Positions 9,264-17,084 of a stretch of 45,436 nucleotides of DNA are shown in pieces. Position 1 is the stretch's first letter; each line of letters begins with the position of its first letter. The notes under the pieces are model-generated. The model was not told where the DNA came from. It searched no databases and was given only the letters and a program-made list of their open reading frames with translations. The DNA is taken from contig JBAXUE010000007.1 in assembly GCA_037129835.1 (NCBI GenBank), positions 1 through 45,436 on the forward strand, in the 5' to 3' direction. The translations under genes and the position numbers were made by a program. This DNA is from a bacterium (GTDB lineage: Bacteria > Patescibacteriota > CPR2 > UBA1875 > CAIMLA01).

Positions 9264-9602
9264 ATGAAAAATGAAAAACTAATGCTTACACCCGAGTTTA
9301 TCTCTGCATTTTCCGCGCTTACTAGTCTTATCGTTATTGGAACTGTTGTTTATCACTACTTAGAAGATTGGTCCTGGATAACATCCCTGTATTTCGTCGT
9401 AGCAACCCTAACTACTGTGGGATACGGTGACATCCACCCCACCAACGATGTTACTAGGCTTTTTACTGTTTTCTTCATCCTTATCGGTGTTACAGTAGCG
9501 ATATCTTCCATTACAGTCATCGGCGGCCGATACCTAGCGAGACGCGAACAAAGGGTTACTAAACACTCACAAACAAGGCGCAATCAAAATAGTAAAATTT
9601 AA
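9264..9602 (+). CDS. Minimal two-TM potassium channel (KcsA-like pore only)
   Basis: 112 aa. Two hydrophobic helices flank the canonical selectivity filter TLTTVGYGD. Confidence 0.8.
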   Translation: MKNEKLMLTPEFISAFSALTSLIVIGTVVYHYLEDWSWITSLYFVVATLTTVGYGDIHPTNDVTRLFTVFFILIGVTVAISSITVIGGRYLARREQRVTKHSQTRRNQNSKI

Positions 9603-9647
9603 TCTTATAACTTTTACTTTTAATTTTATACTTGTGTAAGGAAAAAA

Positions 9648-10571
9648 ATGAAAAAACCAGAAATAAGAAAAAATTATTTTCAAGACATATATGTACTCGC
9701 CGACCCAAATAGAAACAAGAGACCCTATTCTCCGCCCGAAATAAGTGGTAAAGAACCAAAGTGTATTTTTTGTCCTAATAATATTCAAGATGATGAAATT
9801 GTTCTTTATAGGTACCCAGAAAACACAGAAGAGAATTGGAAAATTATTTCTCTTCTTAACCGTTATTCTCCATTGTCTCCAGACAATACAGAAGCGCTTG
9901 GTAGTGCTGAAGTTTTAGTCGAAACAAACAAGCATACCAAACAGCTTAACGAACTTAGTATCACCGAAATCGTCGACGTACTGAACGCATATAAAGATCG
10001 CCAGCTTAGTCTAGAAAAGAATAATAAATATGTCCTAATATTTAAAAATCGAGGTAAAATGGCCGGAGCTTCGAGAACCCACTCCCATTCTCAAATATAT
10101 GGACTGCCCTTTGTTCCACAAGTACTTAAGAACGAAAAACGCGACTATTTTAAATATTTGAAAGAAAAAGGTGCTTGCCCTTTTTGCGATATTGTAAAAA
10201 TTGAGGGTAAAATAAAAGAGAGAACCATTTGGGAAGACGAGCACGTTTATGTTATAGCACCTTATGCAAGTGAGTTTGAATACGAGGCCTGGTTTATGCC
10301 CAAAAGGCATGTTCTTACTTTCACTGACTTAAAAACTAGTGAGATCAAGTCTTTGGCTCAAGCAATTCAGAAAATCACGGGTAAACTAGAAGAATTGAAT
10401 CTAGACTACAACTACTATCTTCATTCTACATATAACGAAAATGATTTTCACTTCCATATTCACTTATGTCCACGACCTAATAATGCTATCTGGGCAGGCT
10501 TAGAGCTGGGCTCAAACACTTATATTAATCCTGTAATGCCAGAGGAAGCGGCAAAAGAATTTAGATCTTAA
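9648..10571 (+). CDS. galT: Galactose-1-phosphate uridylyltransferase-like (GalT/HIT superfamily) nucleotidyltransferase
   Basis: Zinc-site CIFCP and catalytic HSHSQ (HxHxQ) motif, followed by a second half-domain with CPFC and HFHIH. Confidence 0.7.
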   Translation: MKKPEIRKNYFQDIYVLADPNRNKRPYSPPEISGKEPKCIFCPNNIQDDEIVLYRYPENTEENWKIISLLNRYSPLSPDNTEALGSAEVLVETNKHTKQLNELSITEIVDVLNAYKDRQLSLEKNNKYVLIFKNRGKMAGASRTHSHSQIYGLPFVPQVLKNEKRDYFKYLKEKGACPFCDIVKIEGKIKERTIWEDEHVYVIAPYASEFEYEAWFMPKRHVLTFTDLKTSEIKSLAQAIQKITGKLEELNLDYNYYLHSTYNENDFHFHIHLCPRPNNAIWAGLELGSNTYINPVMPEEAAKEFRS

Positions 10572-10676
10572 ACAATACAACTATCCTATTACCCTTTGCA
10601 ATAATAATTTTCATAAAGAAGAGGCTTCCCCTATTTCTAGGCGAAACCTCTATAATCATTAACAGATTAAAAAAGA

Positions 10677-11366
10677 CTATTTTTTCCCGCTTGGCAATCT
10701 CTTACGAAAGGAAACAATAACGTCCGCTGCTGCTTCTTTGCCACCCAAGCCGAATGCTAGTCCACCAGCGATTACTAATAAGGATACTGCTCCAATAGTA
10801 ATCGTATTGAAAAGTCCTGGTAAAATATCAACCTGCTGTAAGGCACCCAAGATAACGAATAAAATTATTATCCATTTGGTAAAGCTGGCTGCAATGTCCG
10901 CATTCTCCGCACCAATAGTAGCTGCTGTTGAGCGAACTACACGTGAAGCTAAATCTGCGATTACAGCACCGACAACGACCAATACTACTGCTACTACCAC
11001 GCTAGGTATAAAGCTCACGAGACTCATAAGAACAATGTTGATCTGTGCGAGACCAAGAATCTCAAAGGCTGGGATCAAAAAGACTATGATAATAGTCCAT
11101 TTGGCCAAATCACCGAGAAGTGAAGCAAATTCAACCTTCTCTGTGAAAATTTTCCCTAGACCAACTGCATCTGTGTATTTCTTTAGCTTGATATAGCTAA
11201 GTCCTTTGACAATAACATATTTTACTGCCCAGGCCACAATAACACCAATAGCAACAACAAGTGCTGCCGCAATTAGATTGGGTATAAATTTTATAACGCC
11301 TTCAAGCGATAGGCTAACAGCCTCGCTAGTAGCTTGTGTTACATCTGATAAATTCATTTTTTTCAC
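10677..11366 (-). CDS. Membrane protein with conserved TM-helix repeats
   Basis: 229 aa. Repeated IPNLIAA(A)LVVAIGVIVAW-type helices as in TM_helix repeat proteins and MscS N-termini. Confidence 0.55.
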   Translation of the reverse strand: MKKMNLSDVTQATSEAVSLSLEGVIKFIPNLIAAALVVAIGVIVAWAVKYVIVKGLSYIKLKKYTDAVGLGKIFTEKVEFASLLGDLAKWTIIIVFLIPAFEILGLAQINIVLMSLVSFIPSVVVAVVLVVVGAVIADLASRVVRSTAATIGAENADIAASFTKWIIILFVILGALQQVDILPGLFNTITIGAVSLLVIAGGLAFGLGGKEAAADVIVSFRKRLPSGKK

Positions 11367-11477
11367 CTCCTTTCTTATAAACTCCTAAACACCCTTTATA
11401 CACTCTATTGTACATGTTCCTACAGGTCTTGCAAGCATACTGTCAATAGTTTTATGGTTGAATAAAGCGGTTTTTTT

Positions 11478-11486
11478 TGCTAGAAT
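11478..11486 (+). promoter_or_regulatory. Candidate extended -10 promoter (TGcTAGAAT) upstream of tRNA-Val
   Basis: tttttttTGCTAGAATctg lies ~190 nt upstream of the tRNA-Val gene. No other + strand gene lies in between. Confidence 0.35.
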
Positions 11487-11675
11487 CTGATAGTTAAACC
11501 CATGATGGGTTCCCCAAAAATCATTAGATTTTTTGGGGAGAGGAGAAAACGCGAAAGGATGTAGATTTTGGCGCTAGCTAAATCGTAATCCGCCTACGTA
11601 TTTCGACGAGGATTATTAGCTCCCTCCTCCGCTGAAGCTACGGGCGGGCAGGCAGCTTCCAACTTCGCAAATCAT

Positions 11676-11752
11676 GGGTGATTAGCTCAGCTGGCTAGAG
11701 CGTTGCATTGACATTGCAGAGGTCACAGGTTCGAGCCCTGTATCACCCACCA
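11676..11752 (+). tRNA. tRNA-Val (anticodon GAC), CCA encoded
   Basis: Hand-folded cloverleaf: GGGTGAT/ATCACCC acceptor, GCTC/GAGC D stem, TTGCA-TTGACAT-TGCAG anticodon arm, ACAGG-TTCGAGC-CCTGT T arm, then ACCA. Confidence 0.9.
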
Positions 11753-11753
11753 T

Positions 11754-11783
11754 AAATATCCTGAACTTGTTTCAGGATATTTA
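11754..11783. repeat. CCTGAA-hairpin element copy C (also a plausible tRNA-Val terminator)
   Basis: aaatATCCTGAActtgtTTCAGGATattt. It shares the ATCCTGAA / TTCAGGAT stem with the elements flanking the GIY-YIG gene. Confidence 0.6.
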
Positions 11784-11801
11784 TTATTATAAGATACAAT
11801 C

Positions 11802-12293
11802 ATGAAAAACATTACTGACCAATATAGCCACAAAGGAATTAACTTCAAATTAACCTGGATACCAGGAGAATATTATGATAAATATAGTCCCATAACCCAA
11901 GTATATGGCTTTTGTTTTGATAACAAAAACAGACTATTGACAATAAAAAACAATTATTGGAAATGTTTCATGGTCCCTGGCGGTTCCCCAGAAAATAATG
12001 AAACACCCATAGAGACGCTTGTCAGAGAACTTGACGAGGAAGTAAATATTACCGTCAAAGACATAAATTACCTAGGAGTTCAAAAAGTTGAGGGTGATAA
12101 TAAGATTAGATATCAGCTTCGCTTTGCCTGTAGAATAGATAAGTTAAATAGCAGAAAAACAGATCCTTGCGACGGAATCATACATAGACGATACTTCGTT
12201 GACCCATTAAAATATGGGGAATTGTCCCTTTGGGGTGAGATTGGCGACGCCATAACTCAAAGTGCTATGGAAAAACTTAAGATAAAAAGCTAA
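11802..12293 (+). CDS. NUDIX hydrolase
   Basis: Nudix box GGSPENNETPIETLVRELDEEVN. Confidence 0.75.
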   Translation: MKNITDQYSHKGINFKLTWIPGEYYDKYSPITQVYGFCFDNKNRLLTIKNNYWKCFMVPGGSPENNETPIETLVRELDEEVNITVKDINYLGVQKVEGDNKIRYQLRFACRIDKLNSRKTDPCDGIIHRRYFVDPLKYGELSLWGEIGDAITQSAMEKLKIKS

Positions 12294-12305
12294 AATATTT
12301 AATAC

Positions 12306-12391
12306 GCCCTCGTGGTGAAATGGTATACACGCTACGTTCAGGTCGTAGTGGCCGCAAGGTCGTGCTGGTTCAAGTCCAGTCGAGGGCACCA
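12306..12391 (+). tRNA. tRNA-Leu (anticodon CAG), type II with long variable arm, CCA encoded
   Basis: GCCCTCG/CGAGGGC acceptor, CTACG-TTCAGGT-CGTAG anticodon arm, GGCC-GCAA-GGTC variable arm, GCTGG-TTCAAGT-CCAGT T arm, then ACCA. Confidence 0.9.
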
Positions 12392-12457
12392 AATAGTTAA
12401 TTTATTAGAGGAAACACGGGTGCTCTAAAATCTCCATAATATTATTTATATAAAATA

Positions 12458-13285
12458 TTATGTTGTAACGGGTCTCGATTGTAATATAAACAACTCATCA
12501 TCTTCAATAGCCCACTCTATATCCTGTGGACAACCATAATAATTCTCAATCAACATAACCAACTTCGAAAGTTTAAAAATTTTTTCGTCGGATAACTTTT
12601 GTAAACTCTGCTGACTTTGTTCAATAGAAATTGTCTCTGTACCATTTACTGTATTTATAATTTTTTGGGTTTGATTTGAAATTCTTTTCTCCCTTATTGA
12701 CAGGTCGTATTTACTAACAATGTAATTGTCTGGTGTTACCATCCCCTGCACCAACATTTCTCCCAAGCCATAGCAAGCTTCTATCATCATTTCTTCTTTA
12801 TTTCCAGTGACTGGGTTGATAGAAAAAACTACACCAGAAACATTACTATTGACCATTTTTTGGACCACGATTGCCAGAGCCAATTGATCCTCTGAAATGT
12901 CATTTCTCTTGGCGTAATACTTCACAGTTTCGCTATTTGAAGACTGCCAGCAATCCATAATTGCGTCTATTAGCCCCTCTCTATTCACGTTTAAAACTGT
13001 GTTAAATTGCCCTGCCCATGATGCGCTTGAGGAATCTTCTGCAATGGCAGAAGAACGAACCGCGACTCTATCTAAACCCAAGGAATCAAACTTGGCTAGA
13101 ATTTGTTTTTGTATTTTAGAAGGTAACTCAGACTCATGGAAGGAAATGTAGGCTTGAGTTGTAATAACAAAGCCAGTTGGTACAGGTATGCCGGATTGAG
13201 TCATCTCTCCCAGTGAACCGCCCTTACCGCCCACTTTAGCCACATCATTTTTAGAAATTTCATCAAAGTTCAAAATAATTGACAC
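12458..13285 (-). CDS. Stand-alone PPDK_N-type ATP-grasp (PEP/pyruvate-binding, nucleotide-binding) domain protein
   Basis: VGGKGGSLGEMTQSGIPVPTGFVITTQAY, VAVRSSAIAEDS, VVQKMVNSNVSGVVFSINP and QDIEWAIEDDELFILQSRPVT match the N-terminal domain of PEP synthase, PPDK and rifampin phosphotransferase. GTG start overlaps the upstream stop (TAGTG). Confidence 0.85.
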   Translation of the reverse strand: MSIILNFDEISKNDVAKVGGKGGSLGEMTQSGIPVPTGFVITTQAYISFHESELPSKIQKQILAKFDSLGLDRVAVRSSAIAEDSSSASWAGQFNTVLNVNREGLIDAIMDCWQSSNSETVKYYAKRNDISEDQLALAIVVQKMVNSNVSGVVFSINPVTGNKEEMMIEACYGLGEMLVQGMVTPDNYIVSKYDLSIREKRISNQTQKIINTVNGTETISIEQSQQSLQKLSDEKIFKLSKLVMLIENYYGCPQDIEWAIEDDELFILQSRPVTT

Positions 13286-14781
13286 TAGAAAATCCTTATC
13301 CTGTTATTATTTGCGTCAACTTCAACAATATCACCATTTTTAAGAACAGAATATAGATCCTCAACTCCCAGGATTGCAGGAATTTTATATTCCCGAGCCA
13401 GCGTTGCTGGGTGACTAGTCAAACTAGCACCATCGAATGTAATCATAGCCTTAATTTTATCAAAAATTACAGCATATTCTGGTGTGGTGATGGATGTTAC
13501 CAGAACATCTCCTTCGTGAAAATCGTTAAGATCATCCAGTTTTTCGACTAGCCTAACAGGCCCCTTATATTTTCCAAGACAGGCGACAAACCCCTTATAG
13601 GTTTTTTTCTTTTTAAACTGTTGCGATCCACCCTTTGGCACGACTTTCACATCTCCCGTAAACGTGATGTCATACTTTTGAATCATTTGAGGAACTTGTT
13701 CTCCCAAATACCTCTTACCTATACCATTTTCAAAAATATAGAACGAACTATTTACAATAGCTTCGGCACTTGATTCTGTGATTTTTTGTCCGGTCATTAA
13801 ATAACCATTTGTATATTCTTCAGGCATAATGTTTCGGGATAAACTCGCTGACAGATTATATAATCCTCCCAAATCTTCTGCAAACTTATCAAAATATGAA
13901 ATAATTCTGGTCATGCAAAATTTACGAGTCTCTTTTAATAAAATTATATCCCTTACGATAGATACACTTGCTTTAGTTTCGTCCGATAAACCCAAATTAT
14001 TCTCTAACCTATCCTGCGAAAGTCTCACCTTATTAAGTGTTTCTAAATATTCTTCTTTTTTCTTAGTTCTTTCTGCGCTTGTCATTTCACGAAACATTGA
14101 TATTCTCTTATTGATACCATCGTATGGTTTTGTTTTTCCAATACTACCCATAAATAGACTGTGCCATTTCTTAGAATGCTCGGCCAAATTGTTCTCTGTG
14201 GTTTTATCTATTGAATCAAGAATCTCAATAAGCTCTAGGTCATGATCGTAAATGAAATTCGCCCCCGGATTCCTTGTCAATTCCAGGACGTATTCATCTA
14301 ACTTTTCCTCAGCTGTAACATATTTGGCCAAATCAGCCCTTACGTCCCTTACTACATTTAGAATATTTGCCACATACGCAAAACAGCAAAGAGTTCGGTA
14401 GTGATCACATATTTCCCCATAAACGGCTATTGTGGTCTGTTTAGTTTTGGCGGAGTCATTGAGCGTATAGTAATTTTCCAGAATAGACATAATTTTTTCA
14501 TACCTACCCATAATTGAGTCGGTGTACTCCTGAATTTGATTATGTTTTTGTTGTTTTTCAAAAAGAGTCTTTCTCGCACGTAAGAGGTCCGCCTCCGACC
14601 AGAAACCATTACTATAGTCCGCAAAATTTACAACGATTTGTGCCTTTTCGAATCTAGCTCCAACAAGTTCAAACATTTTCTGGCTTGTCATAGCCTCGTT
14701 AGACAACATTCCTGGAAAATAGGGGGTCGAACCGGGACGAATGGCAATGTTGAAATAATCGCTCTTTTCTTTCTGACTCAT
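13285..14781 (-). CDS. Unknown ~390-aa N-terminal domain fused to a PEP-utilizer swivel (phosphohistidine) domain
   Basis: C-terminus GDVLVTSITTPEYAVIFDKIKAMITFDGASLTSHPATLAREYKIPAILGV matches the mobile His domain (normally GGxTSHAAIvAREl.iPaVvG). The N-terminal part has no motif I recognise. ATGA overlap with the upstream gene. Confidence 0.75.
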   Translation of the reverse strand: MSQKEKSDYFNIAIRPGSTPYFPGMLSNEAMTSQKMFELVGARFEKAQIVVNFADYSNGFWSEADLLRARKTLFEKQQKHNQIQEYTDSIMGRYEKIMSILENYYTLNDSAKTKQTTIAVYGEICDHYRTLCCFAYVANILNVVRDVRADLAKYVTAEEKLDEYVLELTRNPGANFIYDHDLELIEILDSIDKTTENNLAEHSKKWHSLFMGSIGKTKPYDGINKRISMFREMTSAERTKKKEEYLETLNKVRLSQDRLENNLGLSDETKASVSIVRDIILLKETRKFCMTRIISYFDKFAEDLGGLYNLSASLSRNIMPEEYTNGYLMTGQKITESSAEAIVNSSFYIFENGIGKRYLGEQVPQMIQKYDITFTGDVKVVPKGGSQQFKKKKTYKGFVACLGKYKGPVRLVEKLDDLNDFHEGDVLVTSITTPEYAVIFDKIKAMITFDGASLTSHPATLAREYKIPAILGVEDLYSVLKNGDIVEVDANNNRIRIF

Positions 14782-15938
14782 TGTTCTCTCATTCCCGTAA
14801 CGTCACCAGTTTTTATGATATAATCTTCAACAATTTCACCTTCTGTAGTCAAGCTCGCCTCAACGAGCGCAAAAGCACCGTTTGTTGCGAAAGCAATTGG
14901 GTGCCTATGGTCCGTAGCAACAAATAAAGCTTCGGATATATTTGTAGCGAATTGTCCGTGCCTTCCAGCAATTATTACAACTTTATCGACTCCTTTTGGT
15001 ATATTGCCTTCTATTAAAAAGTATTCTTCTAGAGCATCAAAACCGTCTAGCCCTCGTGCCACAGTTGCACTCGCTACCTCGTTCATGGCAGTTTTACTCT
15101 CTAGCTCCTGTAAATCTACAGCAAATGAGGCGAATACCGTAGGGGAAACAGAGGGAGAATTTGGATATGGGCGTGGCGACCCTTCTTTTTCTGCTGCTCT
15201 GTTGGCAATAGCCTGTGTACTAGCCTTTTTGTAGGTAACTGAATCCGAAATCTGAAACTCATCCAAGCTATTACGAAATCTTCCTGTAACGGCATCATGG
15301 CCAGTTTCTGGATCAATATCATCGAAATCCCGATCTTTATATTTCAGGCCACGTTCATCTAACAGTTGTTTGATCACATCAATTGTTGATTCTGTCCTGG
15401 AAACCCTAGAAGTAGGCTCGCCCTCAGAACCACCAATATAGGTTGTAGCCCTGCTGGCGACAATGAAAATCAATGTGTTTGGTGTGATATCAAGATCTTC
15501 AATGAGATGCGAAGCTCTTTCACGATAAGCCTCCTGGGTCTCCAATGCAACGCCATTATTGTCATGCTCCAGATGCCTGACATTTGCAATAACCAACTTT
15601 GGCCCGACTAATTCAACATCAATAGATTCTGGGCTTCCGATCTCTGGCATAAGTTCTTTATAATCATAGATGTCTCGTCGATAGTCTGGATAAGAGACTC
15701 TTTGGTCCGTACCCGAAAGCTCTTCAATCAAAGCCTCTTGTGCCAAAACCTGTTTTTTTACGATTTCGGGTGTGGTTTTGGTCGACTTGACAGATTCTAC
15801 TCTTGGTCTAATAACTCTTGTTACCAGACGCTTACCACCATCAGATGTTATTTCAACTGCCGGGGTTCGATCTCCCCTTGATTTTTCGTGAAAAGCTTCC
15901 TGCTCTTGGTTATGTGGTGGCAAAATACCTTCAATCAT
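14778..15938 (-). CDS. Hypothetical protein; weak histidine-phosphatase (PGM-like) superfamily motifs
   Basis: 386 aa. LVIANVRHLEHDNNG resembles the RHGExxxN motif, and VVIIAGRHGQFATNISEAL resembles the second His strand. These motifs are suggestive only. Confidence 0.4.
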   Translation of the reverse strand: MIEGILPPHNQEQEAFHEKSRGDRTPAVEITSDGGKRLVTRVIRPRVESVKSTKTTPEIVKKQVLAQEALIEELSGTDQRVSYPDYRRDIYDYKELMPEIGSPESIDVELVGPKLVIANVRHLEHDNNGVALETQEAYRERASHLIEDLDITPNTLIFIVASRATTYIGGSEGEPTSRVSRTESTIDVIKQLLDERGLKYKDRDFDDIDPETGHDAVTGRFRNSLDEFQISDSVTYKKASTQAIANRAAEKEGSPRPYPNSPSVSPTVFASFAVDLQELESKTAMNEVASATVARGLDGFDALEEYFLIEGNIPKGVDKVVIIAGRHGQFATNISEALFVATDHRHPIAFATNGAFALVEASLTTEGEIVEDYIIKTGDVTGMREQ

Positions 15939-15953
15939 AAAAATTTCCTAACA

Positions 15954-17084
15954 CTAAGTTTTTTTAACGTCAAAAGGCGTGAGATCGGGTGTCATTACAG
16001 AAACCTTTAATTCGGCTGGCAAAAACCAAATTAAGCGATAAAACAATAATCCCTGTCCGCCAGATCTAATTTTTAAATTCGGGCTTTCTTTTACTAAAAT
16101 ATCTATAACTTTTGAGTGTATATCGAACCACATCGGCAAAAGCTCTGTATCAATTGCTCCAATAATATCTTTATATCTGGCAAAATTTCTGGACTGTTTA
16201 TATGAAATTTCAAATACCTCATATTCTTCTTTTGATAAAACTTTTTTGGCTTGAAGAAATATTCTATCAATATCCGCAGTCATTCCGATGTAACGTTTCT
16301 CTAGTTCAATATTTTCGTTTCTAAACTCTACAGCATGGGTCAAGGCATTCGTTAGGGGAAGCATTTTATTGTATCTTTTAGCAAGATTTAGGGGAATACT
16401 AAGCTCGCCTATTAATGATTCGCGATTCTTTGTATCTTTGATGTGTTCTATCATTGGGTACAGTTCTTCCCACAATATATTTATTTCTTTTTGGTTTTCC
16501 TTAACATCATCTGTAATCAGTTTTAAGACTTCTGAATAAATTTCTTTAAACTCGGGTATATTCTCCAATAATCTAATAATTTTGACACCCGAAAGTGCCT
16601 GCTGAAGATAAAGATCTGCAAAATCACTTTGTAGTAAATCTCTTTGGACTAAAAGCACTTTTTGTTCAAACTCTTCAGCTTCCCCAGAGACGTCAACAAA
16701 CTTCCGAATCATGTGCTTCATCATGTCGATATAAAATTCATGAATTGGACCATCAGCAAATAAATAATTAACAATCCAAAATCTATAACAAAACAGTTTA
16801 TTTAGCCTCAGGTCTGTTTCTACTAAAAATTTAAGGTTCGACTGATTACCATTTTTGTATTCTGTTTCGATCTTTTTAAAACCATCCCATAATTCCTTTT
16901 TTTGCGAATCAGCATATTCACTAAACCCTTCGGGGTCCATGGCATACTTTTCAGCTACTTCTTCATATTTTTTAATAATGCCGGGGTATTTATTTGGATA
17001 ATAAGATATAAAATCCTCAATATCATTTGGTAAAAATCTCGGAAACTTTAATAAATTATCTGGTATTTTTAGACTAATACTCAT
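15954..17084 (-). CDS. Hypothetical, predicted all-helical protein (start moved to ATG 17084)
   Basis: The track ORF begins at 17126 inside the upstream gene. GGGAG lies 5 nt before ATG 17084 (MSISLKIPDN...), which gives an 11-nt overlap with the upstream stop. No motif recognised. Confidence 0.55.
   Translation of the reverse strand: MSISLKIPDNLLKFPRFLPNDIEDFISYYPNKYPGIIKKYEEVAEKYAMDPEGFSEYADSQKKELWDGFKKIETEYKNGNQSNLKFLVETDLRLNKLFCYRFWIVNYLFADGPIHEFYIDMMKHMIRKFVDVSGEAEEFEQKVLLVQRDLLQSDFADLYLQQALSGVKIIRLLENIPEFKEIYSEVLKLITDDVKENQKEINILWEELYPMIEHIKDTKNRESLIGELSIPLNLAKRYNKMLPLTNALTHAVEFRNENIELEKRYIGMTADIDRIFLQAKKVLSKEEYEVFEISYKQSRNFARYKDIIGAIDTELLPMWFDIHSKVIDILVKESPNLKIRSGGQGLLFYRLIWFLPAELKVSVMTPDLTPFDVKKT

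Noticed and set aside
12207-12392. 61-aa minus-strand ORF.
   Set aside because: It overlaps the hand-folded tRNA-Leu(CAG) and the end of the NUDIX gene. Its translation is simply the tRNA read antisense.
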